From positions 4,203-68,202 of the forward strand of contig QPMI01000306.1 of the NCBI GenBank assembly GCA_004431415.1: a DNA stretch of 64,000 nucleotides. Reading direction: 5' to 3'. A program made the translations under genes and the position numbers. Shown here in pieces: positions 11,701 through 22,534 of this stretch. The notes below the pieces were generated by a model. It was not told where the DNA came from. It saw only the letters and a list, made by a program, of their open reading frames with translations, and did not search any database. Every line of letters begins with the position of its first letter. The first letter of the stretch is position 1. The DNA is from Cyanophora paradoxa CCMP329 (taxonomy: Eukaryota > Plantae > Glaucophyta).

Positions 11701-12556
11701 CTTCAAAAGGACCAATTCTTGCTGTAACATGAAGTTCACCAGGCTGGTACATACGCTGATCAGGAAGTTTAATCTGTGGTGTAAATGTCCACTTCCTGAC
11801 TTTGTCTTGTAGGCCCAACTTGCTGACAGCAGAGGATACGATGATGGACAGGTCCGCTCCGCTATCAAGTAGGAACTTCAAAGGATACCCATTGATCAAC
11901 ACATCAACCACAGACCGACCAGGTGCAAGCGGAGCAAATCGCCGACCCACGACTGCAGGCTGCACACTTGGATCAGTTGAGGGAGACTTACCATTCACCA
12001 ACTGCATTTGACCATCCACGACACAAACTGCTAAACTGTCCTGTTCTAACTTCTGGAAGGGACCACTGAGAGTATAGTGCCTTTTTGGCAGAGGATGCAA
12101 GCTCAACTGAGGCTGCTTCGTAGCAAAGAGGTCTCTTTCTTCCAGGTGGCCCTGTGTTGAAGATACTTGAACCACACGAGCAGGCATGTCGTTTGGCTTG
12201 TCGGATCCCTGACATTGCTTGAGATCTGTACTCGCCTTTGACTCACCAGGAAGTTCATGTATCCGAGAGGAATGGTCATGCAGTGCACCCGGGCCCCGGG
12301 TTTGAGTAACAACAAAATCGCTTGACAAATTTGGAGAAGTAACAGAAACTGAAGGCGGGAAAACACTGCTGCCAGGATCAAGAGCATCTGCACTGCGGAC
12401 AGCTCCTGCTCCCGACAGGGTGAGAACCAGTCGCTCAAACTCATAGAATGTGATTAATCTAGGACTCTTGCTGCCAACTGCAGCAAGACTTGCTGGGGGA
12501 AGACTAGAAACCGCCCCAGCCCGGTGGCCGAAGCCGGGCTGGGTAGTTAGTTTCCC
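8752..12556 (-). pseudogene. Family A pol (PR, dUTPase-like, RT, RNase H, N-terminal integrase)
   Basis: Motifs FLLDSGAD; YLDD; TDAS..TEQELYA..SDH..ADALSR; HHCC zinc finger; EIDIVGP. ORFs 10565-12328 and 8633-10555 are in the same frame, split by one TGG>TGA stop in RSP(W)AAP. Truncated at YLITILDAF. Confidence 0.95.
12515..12556 (-). promoter_or_regulatory. -1 programmed ribosomal frameshift signal (family A)
   Basis: Heptamer G GGA AAC (12556-12550), 6-nt spacer containing the gag TAA, and a 10-bp stem CCCAGCCCGG/CCGGGCTGGG. The -1 frame is open for 76 codons straight into the protease ORF at 12328. Confidence 0.9.
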
Positions 12557-13734
12557 TGGGCAGAGCGAGTCTGCAAGCTCGCTCGAGCCTGGGAATCTAT
12601 TGAACGCTCAGCAGAGCGCCCACGCTGCTGTGAAGAAGGGCGATATGTGTCATTTCGATTTCCAGACCGGTCAAAATTGTATCTCCCACGAGATGAATCA
12701 GGCCGTTGTGACTGAAATCCGTTGCTACGCCAAGAAGCACCTTGCATATTCAAACGACGTATCTCATCTAGAATTGTTACAGTAGTATCCTTGAGTTCAC
12801 GAATTTTTGCGTCAACCTCTTGGCTGAAAACACTTAATGTTTTACCAACTTCAACTCTAACAGTTTCCTTGACAATGTCACGCACACGGTCCTCTGTGAC
12901 ATATGTATGAGCGCCAGGCATGCGCTCCATACCAATAAAAGAAGATACTGTAGTAGTAGATGAAGACGGAGGAACATACTGTATACCTTGTAGATTGTGC
13001 AAAAACGTCTCCTTAGGAACATTGTCTGGTGCAGGGTGCATAAGCTTCATTTCAGTATAAATATCACGAATCACTTGAGCATCTTGGAGTGGTGGCGTGC
13101 AAGCTGCAGCTTTGGAAAACTTTAGCAGAGCAAAATCATACATATTAGTCGCCAGGCCTTGGGCAGATGCAAATGCCCAACTGAAATTAAAATAGTCATT
13201 CAGGGCCTTGTTTTTAGCAGCATCATGGAGGAAGGAACGATTAAAATGCGTAACAAATTCTGAGAAATCATCACATCTGTTGACATTCAAAATAAAATCG
13301 CTGTAAATGGGATTCGTTGCCAAATGAGAAAATGAATTAGCCAGTTTTCCACGAATGGTCATCCAAGTCCAGGCGTGGTTCTGGCGGGATTCTAGAGCTT
13401 GATTGTCGCCTTGAATATTCCATGCATTAACAGGTTGATTGTTGATGGGAGTCACCCCAAAGAAAACACGTGGCAAGAAATTTAACGCCACAAGCACCGA
13501 CCTTACTGAGGTAAGCCAGGGCCCCGGTGAATCTGGGGTGAAAGCAGGAATCTGTAAATCACGGGCATGGCCACGAGCATACTTCTCTTGGCGAGCAAGT
13601 TGAATTTGAGCCTGCCCATTATCACCCATGATGTCCTCGTCGCTGTCAATCACAATCTCCGGGGATTCAACGTCAGGAGGTGTTTCGATAGACCTTAGTC
13701 GTCCGCTGGACGGGCTTCTAGCGTACGACTTCAC
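12547..13734 (-). CDS. Family A gag-like ORF (likely ATG start near 13626)
   Basis: 395-aa ORF between PBS and pol; coiled-coil then Arg/Ser-rich tail; same architecture as family B and D gag. Confidence 0.85.
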   Translation of the reverse strand: MKSYARSPSSGRLRSIETPPDVESPEIVIDSDEDIMGDNGQAQIQLARQEKYARGHARDLQIPAFTPDSPGPWLTSVRSVLVALNFLPRVFFGVTPINNQPVNAWNIQGDNQALESRQNHAWTWMTIRGKLANSFSHLATNPIYSDFILNVNRCDDFSEFVTHFNRSFLHDAAKNKALNDYFNFSWAFASAQGLATNMYDFALLKFSKAAACTPPLQDAQVIRDIYTEMKLMHPAPDNVPKETFLHNLQGIQYVPPSSSTTTVSSFIGMERMPGAHTYVTEDRVRDIVKETVRVEVGKTLSVFSQEVDAKIRELKDTTVTILDEIRRLNMQGASWRSNGFQSQRPDSSRGRYNFDRSGNRNDTYRPSSQQRGRSAERSIDSQARASLQTRSAQGN

Positions 13735-13905
13735 TGTAACAGATGAAAAGACTCCAAATCAAGCAGGAGCTCCAATGAGAGGAAGGCGCAATTCAATCCG
13801 TGCGCGAATAGCGCGTATAGGTGTTTCAGAGACTAAAGAGCCGAGTTTGACTCGTTCAGAGATCCTTCGCGAATGTTCGAGAAGATTCCAAGAATCAGCG
13901 GCGCT

Positions 13906-13923
13906 GCCCCACGGTGGGCGCCA
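13906..13923 (-). promoter_or_regulatory. Primer binding site, tRNA-Lys (family A)
   Basis: Minus strand TGGCGCCCACCGTGGGGC, 4 nt from the LTR end; matches the known tRNA-Lys(CTT)-type 3' end GCCCCACGGTGGGCGCCA. Confidence 0.88.
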
Positions 13924-15579
13924 AAAATGATCTAGTGACTACTCTCAACAGGTTCGAGCACGGGCAGCATCCGCTGATGCACACATAGTGGAATTGACAC
14001 ACACACTGCACACGCCTAATGATTGACTAACTCTCCCCGGGGGGGGGAAGTACAACGCGAAGGGCAGGCTGGGGTCACGACAAGAGCGCCTGCTGGGGCC
14101 AGCCGGTCGCCCAGGAAGTCACTGGCTCACTGGAACTCATGAGCAATCTCTGCTGGGGAAGCGCGCGCCAGGGCCGCGTTGCATCCACGCACGCTCTATT
14201 CATGCGCTCACCGAATCGCGCTACGGCGGCCCTGCGAGCCCTCGCGGTGCGGAGCCTTTGAAGCGAGATCAAATCGTCCAGCTGCAGCTGCTGGTGTATA
14301 CACAGCAGGAGCAGGCGATATCCACAAGGAAGCGAGCGCCAGGGCCGCGATGCATCCACGCAAGCTCTTTCAAGGCTAGCATCGATTCACGCTCGCGGCG
14401 GCCCGTCGCGCCCTCGCAGTTCGCAGTGGAATCGAATCGCCCACGTGCACTGGGCCAGGTGCCCCTGCTGGAGGAGGTGCGGCTGGCGGCGGGGGCGCGT
14501 GCCGCTGCCCGCACGCGCGCTGTGCGCGAGCTCTAGATGTGTATCGTGGCCCCAGACATCTCAACCCGCACCGCCCCGCCGTCGCAGCCATGCCATCAAG
14601 AACCGCATGACATGCTTGATTGCACACGAGAGCGCATCTGCCTGTGGCGAGGCGGGCCACGAAGCGGAGGCTTGGCCGGACCTCCGCAATGCCGGCGAGC
14701 GGTGCGCGGTCTTGGAGGGGGCGAAAGATGCCATGGCGACTCGAGGCCTGCGAGAGGCGCGCGGGGCTGGATCCAGTTAGGCCGGGGCGCGCGAGCGTGG
14801 CGGAGCAGGGCCTCGACACGCACCGTTCCGAGATGCTCATGTTAGGCATGAGCCTCCTCCGCTGCGGCGTGGTTGGGCTGCGCTCCTCCGCTGCGGCGTG
14901 GCTGCGCTCGGATCAAGTCTCGCGCGGATCAAGTCCTCGCTGCGCGCCGGCTCGTCAGCAGCGCAAACGGGCTTAAGCTAGCACTATGAGCGGTAGAGAA
15001 GCGGTCTGGGGTCGCTCGCTTCATTCCGGAGTGGAGTGGAGACGACGGCACCCATCAAATCGCCGCCCATAGAATACTAGCAGTGTCCGGAGGGCGAAAG
15101 TTGCGCAAACGCTCCGCATTGATAGGCGCTAGAGCGACAACACGACGGTTCCTTGTTGCGAGCGCTGACGAACCCTCGCTGGTGGCTGCAGCAGTCTGCT
15201 TCACTGCTGCGTCCTTCTTGCCGCCGGCTTTGGGGACCCACTTCCACTTCCCGTTGATCTTCACGTGCCCGCCGCCCGCCGGAGCGCTGGCTGCCTCGCC
15301 GGCGGTCGCCGAACGTTTAGCCTGGTTCGAATCCGCCAAGTTCGGTTCTGGTTCCTCCCCCCCCCAGATAATGCCCGGAAAAGGCTGATATTTCGATAAT
15401 TTCAAAAAAAGCGAGCGTGCACAGGGGGTGTCGGGAGGCTCTCCCGACATGTTTGGCATGGTTTTTAAAAAGTTTCAAAAGTCGGCCGTTTTTGCCCCCC
15501 TAGTGGCCTCACACGGTCGTTTACGCGCCATCTCTCCGGCAGCCACGCCATCTTTGAGAGCACAACAGCTGAGCAGGCG

Positions 15580-16430
15580 GTAGCGCGCAACAACCAGGTC
15601 GTCCTGATGCGGTCGCTGCCCGCGTTCAAGGGATACCAGCTGGAGATGAAGCACCGGGCGGTCGTCAAGGCGCTCATCCTCGGCATGAAGCCGCTCTGGT
15701 CGACCGAGAAGCCCTGGCTCTGCAGGCTGCTGCACGAGTTCAGCGATGGGTGCGCCCGCGGCTGCGCCGCGCGCGCGCGTCTACAATACAAAAATTAACC
15801 ACCGCTGCACCACCACAAAGCTGCACCACCAGGTGCTCGGCATCTTCCACTTCACGGGCTCCCACGTCGCCCAGCGCATCCACGACTTCGTGATCGACAA
15901 GCTGAAGCGCTTTGGGCTCGGAAAAACGGTCCGTTGCACTCGATTCTCGGTTCTTGACTCACTCTCTGCGCAGAACCTGTTCATTGTGCATGACGAGGGC
16001 TCGAACATGGTCGCCGCATCAAAGATCTCGGCCCAGGAGGCAATGGAGGGCGATGGCGACAAGCCGACCTGCAGCTGGACGTCCATTATCTGCAAGAACC
16101 ACCTCATGCAGACGGTCTGCGATTTATCACGATTTTCCCGCGATTTTCGGCCCTGCAGCTGATATACGCCCCAGGTTGTCAACAACTCTTTGCCTGAGAT
16201 CTACTACGAGAGCCAGGCTTTCAAGCTCCAGAAGGGCGCCTTCCTGACCTACATCGGCGACATCATTCGCTTCACTCACCGGCCCAAGATCCAGGAGATC
16301 TGGAAGCGCGTCTGTGTGCGTTGAATGCTTTATTATTTCTCGCTGGCCCCTCTCTAAATAAACGCAGGGCAAGATGCTGGTCGAGTACTGCAAGACACGC
16401 TGGAATTCGTTCCACGACGCCCCCGAGTCT
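15580..16430 (+). pseudogene. hAT transposase core fragments with three short introns
   Basis: MKPLWSTEKPWLCRLL; FTGSHVAQRI..KLKRFGL; NLFIVHDEGSNMVAA; CKNHLMQT (CxxH); YCKTRWNSFHD. Introns at 15929-15973, 16115-16174 and ~16309-16367. C-terminal part missing. Confidence 0.88.
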
Positions 16431-17117
16431 CTCCTTGAGGCTGCTTTTCGCACTCAGGCCAGCTCATTTCTGCTTGGCGCTCCACCCTTAAGCCGGAGAC
16501 GTGCGAGGCCTATCTTTTCCTGCATGAGGCAGCTGGTTTCGGAGACGTAGAGATTTTCCCCCAGCTGTATTCCGTTCAGGAGCTGCGTGAGACCGTTGAG
16601 CAGGCAGATCGCATGGCAGCTGAGTCCCAGGGCGCCGGCCATGGCGCTGGCCATGGCCAGCTGCAGGACGCAGATCTAGAGGTAGTGGAGCTTGAGGCCG
16701 AGGAGCCTCTTGTTAGCTCGTAATTGTGATCTGATGCATATATATATATGATATCTTTCGATCATGAGCGCTGCATGGGTGGGGGGCCAGGCCGGGGCCG
16801 CCGGGCGGGGCGCCATGCAGGCTAGGCCGGCGCGCGCGGCGCGCGCGAACTTCCGTGAAGGTGCTGGCCGGCGGGCCAAGCCAGCCGCCAAGCCAGCCGC
16901 CAAGCCAGCCGCCTCGCGCACCAAGTCCGGCCTAGCCGCTGGCAAGCCAGCCGAAATTTCGGAGCCGCCAAGCCGCTAGGGCCAGCCCCGGTGCAAGCTT
17001 TCGGAATTTTGGGCCAGCCCCGGTGCAAGCTTCCAGCCCCGACGGCCAGTGCCCCATGCACTACCTTTGTACGACCCAAGTGCGCCTCATCCCCCGATCA
17101 AGCACTCGATCAAGACT

Positions 17118-18823
17118 GGGTCCCCACCCACACAAAACAGTCAACAGGGAGCGCTGGGATTCTCCAGAGCCACACAAAACAGCCACCGGGGAGCGTGGGG
17201 ATTCTCCAGAGCACTCTGACAGGTTTGTATGATCAGTTTGAGTGTTTCTTTTCTAGCATTTTGTTTTGGTTCAGGGCTCCCCCCATGGCTTCCGAAATCT
17301 CAAAGGGGTCCCCACCCACACAAAACAGTCAACAGGGAGCGCTGGGATTCTCCAGAGCACTCTGACAGGTTTGTATGATCAGTTTGAGTGTTTCTTTTCT
17401 AGCTTTTAGTTTTGGTTCAGGGCTCCCCCCATGGCCCACGAAATCTTACAGGGGTCCCCACCCACACAAAACAGTCAACAGGAAGCAATCAGTCAAAAGA
17501 GAGCGCTGGGATTCTCCAGAGCACTCTGACAGGTTTGTATGACCAGTTTGTGTGTTTCTTTTGTAGCTTTAAGTTTTGGTTCAGGGCTCCCCCCCATGGC
17601 CCCCGAAATCTCAAAGGGGTCCCCACCCACACAAAACAGCCACCAGGGAGCGTGGGGATTCTCCAGAGCACTCTGACAGGTTTGTATGATCAGTTTGAAT
17701 GTTTTTTTTCTAGCTTTTAGTTTTGGTTCAGGGCTCCCCTCCATGGCCCCGAAATCTCAAAGGGGTCCCCACCCACACAAAACAGTCAACAGGGAGCGCT
17801 GGGATTCTCCAGAGCACTCTGACAGGTTTGTATGATCAGTTTGAATGTTTTTTTTCTAGCTTTAAGTTTTGGTTCAGGGCTCCCCCCATGGCCCCCGAAA
17901 TCTCAAAGGGGTCCCCACCCACACAAAACAGTCAACAGGGAGCGCTGGGATTCTCCAGAGCACTCTGACAGGTTTGTATGATCAGTTTGAGTGTTTTTTT
18001 TCTAGCTTTAAGTTTTGGTTCAGGGCTCCCCCCCATGGCCCCCGAAATCTCAAAGGGGTCCCCACCCACACAAAACAGTCAACAGGAAGCAATCAGTCAA
18101 AAGAGAGCGCTGGGATTCTCCAGAGCACTCTGACAGGTTTGTATGACCAGTTTGTGTGTTTCTTTTGTAGCTTTAAGTTTTGGTTCAGGGCTCCCCCCCA
18201 TGGCCCCCGAAATCTCAAAGGGGTCCCCACCCACACAAAACAGCCACCAGGGAGCGTGGGGATTCTCCAGAGCACTCTGACAGGTTTGTATGATCAGTTT
18301 GAATGTTTTTTTTCTAGCTTTTAGTTTTGGTTCAGGGCTCCCCTCCATGGCCCCCGAAATCTCAAAGGGGTCCCCACCCACACAAAACAGTCAACAGGGA
18401 GCGCTGGGATTCTCCAGAGCACTCTGACAGGTTTGTATGATCAGTTTGAATGTTTTTTTTCTAGCTTTAAGTTTTGGTTCAGGGCTCCCCCCCATGGCCC
18501 CCGAAATCTCAAAGGGGTCCCCACCCACACAAAACAGTCAACAGGGAGCGCTGGGATTCTCCAGAGCACTCTGACAGGTTTGTATGATCAGTTTGAGTGT
18601 TTTTTTTCTAGCTTTAAGTTTTGGTTCAGGGCTCCCCCCCATGGCCCCCGAAATCTCAAAGGGGTCCCCACCCACACAAAACAGTCAACAGGGAGCGCTG
18701 GGATTCTCCAGAGCCACACACAACAGCCACCAGGGAGCGTGGGGATTCTCCAGAGCACTCTGACAGGTTTGTATGCTCAGTTTGAGTGTTTCTTTTCTAG
18801 CTTTTAGTTTTGGTTCAGGGCTC
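17118..18823 (+). repeat. 146-147-bp satellite (Sat147) with a 604-bp higher-order duplication
   Basis: Unit CCCCACCCACACAAAACAGTCAACAGGGAGCGCTGGGATTCTCCAGAGCACTCTGACAGGTTTGTATGATCAG...; identical ORFs at 17489 and 18093 are 604 bp apart. Confidence 0.97.
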
Positions 18824-20038
18824 TCTGTGGGAATATGCCCAAGGCGCTAGCCTTCCCCCCACCCACCCACAAGTCACTAAATCAAAAGCCCCAGGTTTCC
18901 AATCTGCCAGAAAAAAGAAGAAAGATGCACCCCAAATCTCTCTGGGGGAATATGCTCAAGGTGCTAGCCTTACGAAGATGACCCACCCACCAGCAAGTCA
19001 CTCAGTCGAAGGCCCCAGGTTCAGGATCTGTGACAAAATCAAAGAGAGATGCACCCCAAATCTCTCTGGGGGAATATGCACAAGGTGCTAGCCTTATGCA
19101 GATGACCCACCTAAAAGCAAGTCACTCAGTCCAAGGCCCCTGGTTCAGGATCTGTGACAAAATCAAAGAAAGATGCACCCCAAATCTCTCTGGGGGAATA
19201 TGCACAAGGTGCTAGCCTTAGGCAGATGACCCACCCACCCACAGGTCACTCAGTCAAAGGCCCCAGGTTTCCAATCTGCCAGAAAATAGAAGAAAGATGC
19301 ACTTAAAATCTCTCTGGGGGAATATGCACAAGGCGCTAGCCTTAGGCAGATGACCCACCCACCAGCAAGTCACTAAATCAAAAGCCCCAGGTTTCCAATC
19401 TGCCAGAAAAAAGAAGAAAGATGCACCCCAAATCTCTCTGGGGGAATATGCACAAGGCGCTAGCCTTAGGCAGATGACCCACCCACCAGCAAGTCACTAA
19501 ATCAAAAGCCCCAGGTTTCCAATCTGCCAGAAAAAAGAAGAAAGATGCACCCCAAATCTCTCTGGGGGAATATGCACAAGGCGCTAGCCTTAGGCAGATG
19601 ACCCACCCACCCGCAAGTCACTAAATCAAAAGCCCCAGGTTTCCAATCTGCCAGAAAAAAGAAGAAAGATGCACCCCAAATCTCTCTGGGGGAATATGCA
19701 CAAGGCGCTAGCCTTAGGCAGATGACCCACCCACCTGCAAGTCACTAAATCAAAAGCCCCAGGTTTCCAATCTGCCAGAAAAAAGAAGAAAGATGCACCC
19801 CAAATCTCTCTGGGGGAATATGCACAAGGTGCTAGCCTTAGGAAGATGACCCACCCACCAGCAAGACACTCAGTCGAAGGCCCCAGGTTCAGGATCTGTG
19901 ACAAAATCAAAGAGAGATGCACCCCAAATCTCTCTGGGGGAATATGCACAAGGTGCTAGATGACCCACCTTAAAGCAAGTCACTCAGTCGAAGGCCCCAG
20001 GATTCCAATCTGCCAGAAAAAAGAAGAAACATGCACCC
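18821..20038 (-). repeat. Sat124 array, inverted
   Basis: Reverse complement of the Sat124 unit. Confidence 0.97.
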
Positions 20039-20215
20039 ACACCGGCTGAGTGTAGAGTTAAGGCCGGATGACGTAGTTGTAGCAATCTACGAGCGGGAAG
20101 TTCTCCTTGATAAAGACCTGGTGGTGAAGGCCGAGGTTTGAGAGCTCTTTCTCGAGATGCGCAAGGAGCTCTGGAGGCCGTGGGACGCAGTTCTGAAGGC
20201 GAGAGGCGGGGATGT

Positions 20216-21308
20216 CATCTTTCTTTGATTTGCGGGTGGGTGGGTCATCTGCCTAAGGCTAGCACCTTGTGCATATTCCCCCAGAGAGATTTGGGGTAAA
20301 TCTTTCTTCTTTTTTCTGGCAGATTGGAAACCTGGGGCCTTTGACTGAGTGACTTGTGGGTGGGTGGATCATCTGCCTAAGGCTAGCGCCTTGTGCATAT
20401 TCGCCAGAGAGATTTGAAGTGCATCTTTCTTCTATTTTGTGGCAGATCTTAAACCTGGGGCCTTCGACTGAGTAACTTGCTGGTGGGTGGGTTCATCTTC
20501 TGAAGGCTAGCGCCTTGGGCATATTCCCCCAGAGAGATTTGGGGTGCATGTTTCTTCTTTTTTCTGGCAGATTGGAAACCTGGGGCCTTTGACTGAGTGA
20601 CTTGTGGGTGGGTGGGTCATCTTCCTAAGGCTAGCGCCTTGGGCATATTCCCCCAGAGAGATTTGAAGTGCATCTTTCTTCTTTTTTGTGGCAGATTGGA
20701 AACCTGGGGCCTTCGACTGAGTGACTTGCTGGTTGGTGGGTCATCTGCCTAAGGCTAGCGCCTTGTGCATATTCCCCCAGAGAGATTTGGGGTGCATCTT
20801 TCTTCTTTTTTCTGGCAGATTGGAAACCTGGGGCCTTTGACTGAGTGACCTGCGGGTGGGTGGGTCATCTTCCTAAGGCTAGCGCCTTGTGCATATTCCC
20901 CCAGAGAGATTTGGGGTGCATCTTTCTTCTTTTTTCTGGCAGATTGGAAACCTGGGGCCTTCAACTGAGTGACTTGCTGGTTGGTGGGTTTATCTGCCTA
21001 AGGCTAGCGCCTTGTGCATATTCCCCCAGAGAGATTTGGGGTGCATCTTTCTTCTTTTTTCTGGCAGATTGGAAACCTGGGGCTTTTGATTAAGTGACTT
21101 GTGGGTGGGTGGGTCATCTTCCTAAGGCTAGCGCCTTGTGCATATTCCCCCAGAGAGATTTGGGGTGCATCTTTCTTCTATTTTCTGGCAGATCGGAAAC
21201 CTGGGGCCTTTGACTGAGTGACTTGCTGGTGGGTGGGTCATCTTCCTAAGGCTAGCGCCTTGTGCATATTCCCCCAGAGAGATTTGGGGTGCATCTTTTT
21301 TCTTTTTT
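20216..21308 (+). repeat. Sat124 array
   Basis: Same unit. Confidence 0.97.
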
Positions 21309-22532
21309 CGAACGATTGCGATCAAAATTTTAAGATCCACGAGACTGGTCACGCCAGCTATCACCGCGAGGGCGATACTGCAACTGGCGAGACAACTGAT
21401 CCATGCGATCCAAAATAATAGAAGAAGTGCGACGAGAGTCGTCGAGCAACTCATCAAATTGCTGGCGAGCTTCGTGCCGAATCTCGCTCAATTGGCGACG
21501 AGTTTCGTCACGAAGTGAATCAAGCTTATCATCCACCTTCAAAGAAAACTGTTTAAGCTTCGATTCGACTCGCTCATCAATCAGAGACTCAATACGCTCC
21601 GAAGTGAGAGCGTTCAATCCAGAAACATTTTTCGGCGATCCAAAGGGAAGAGAAGCAATTCCAAAAGGAGAAACAGAAGAAAAAGAGGAAGTGCGATCCG
21701 TCCAGAGCCTGCGCAGCCGACGCAAAAAGCGAAGTTTATTGTCGTCCAATTCAGCAGGCAGCTCACCCAACTTAAGATCATCACTCCAAATTTGTTTCAC
21801 CACAACTTTCTCGAGAATACCAGCTTCTTCCGCCCGCTTCATCTTCTCCACAGCAAAGTCCTCAAAATTGACTTGAGTACCAGCCTGGAGACAAGCACTC
21901 TGGTATGTGTAAGACCAGAAATTGCGAGCAGAGTCCGTCTGGACATCCGAATGCATAAAGTGATCCTCGAACTTCTTGAGAAAAGTAGTCCAATTGTCAC
22001 ATTCAAGGACCACTCGAGAAAAGTCATGGGCCCCAGCTGCCTCATTGAAGACAGACTGGAGTTTCAACTGCACATGCGGCCAAGCATAGTCGAAATCAGC
22101 CTTCGCCTGAGCCGTCCATGTGGAGTAGGGAGTGGTGTCCACAGTGGGAAGGACATGGATCGCCTTCAGCACATCGCGAACATTTTTAAGGAATCTAGAA
22201 GGAGCAGAATACTCGAACTTGGGAAGAAGAAGATTGCGCAGGAGCGGCTTAATCAAGTCCACCCTAGGCAGGGCAGCCATGATGTCCTCCTGGTCAATAT
22301 CCACAGAGACGTTGTCCTCGTCGGCCAGCCTTCCTGCCTGTGCGGAGAGCAGGATAGCTTTATCAATACAGTCGTTAACTATGGACCTAACGAAGGGTCC
22401 AAGCCTACCACGGTACACAGCACGAATAGTGTCGCTTGACGAGGCCAGTGTTCAAGAAAACATTTCAGATCGTTCCAAAAGAAAGAAAGAGAGATTTAGA
22501 GAGATTCCAAAAGGAAAGAAAAGAGACAACTC
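21308..22532 (-). mobile_element. Family B leader+gag fragment embedded in Sat124
   Basis: ORF 21330-22418 is nearly identical to 30458-31609; no LTR at either end; satellite on both sides. Confidence 0.92.
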
Positions 22533-22534
22533 TA

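Larger units (their letters stand above)
8616..14082 (-). mobile_element. Ty3/Gypsy LTR retrotransposon family A, near full length with integrase/PPT deletion
   Basis: 5' LTR 13928-14082 (155 bp, TGTCGTGAC...GTCACTAGATCA). 3' LTR remnant 8616-8751 is identical over 136 bp. 4-bp TSD AGAG (8612-8615, 14083-14086). Has PBS, gag and PR-RT-RH-INT domain order. Confidence 0.95.
6058..17056 (+). mobile_element. Degenerate hAT DNA transposon carrying nested insertions
   Basis: Transposase fragments at 6692-7057 and ~15580-16430. GCCAGCC/GCCAAG-rich subterminal motifs at both ends, including CTGGCTTGCCAGCG (~6058) inverted to CGCTGGCAAGCCAG (~16937). True TIRs are not definable. Confidence 0.55.
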
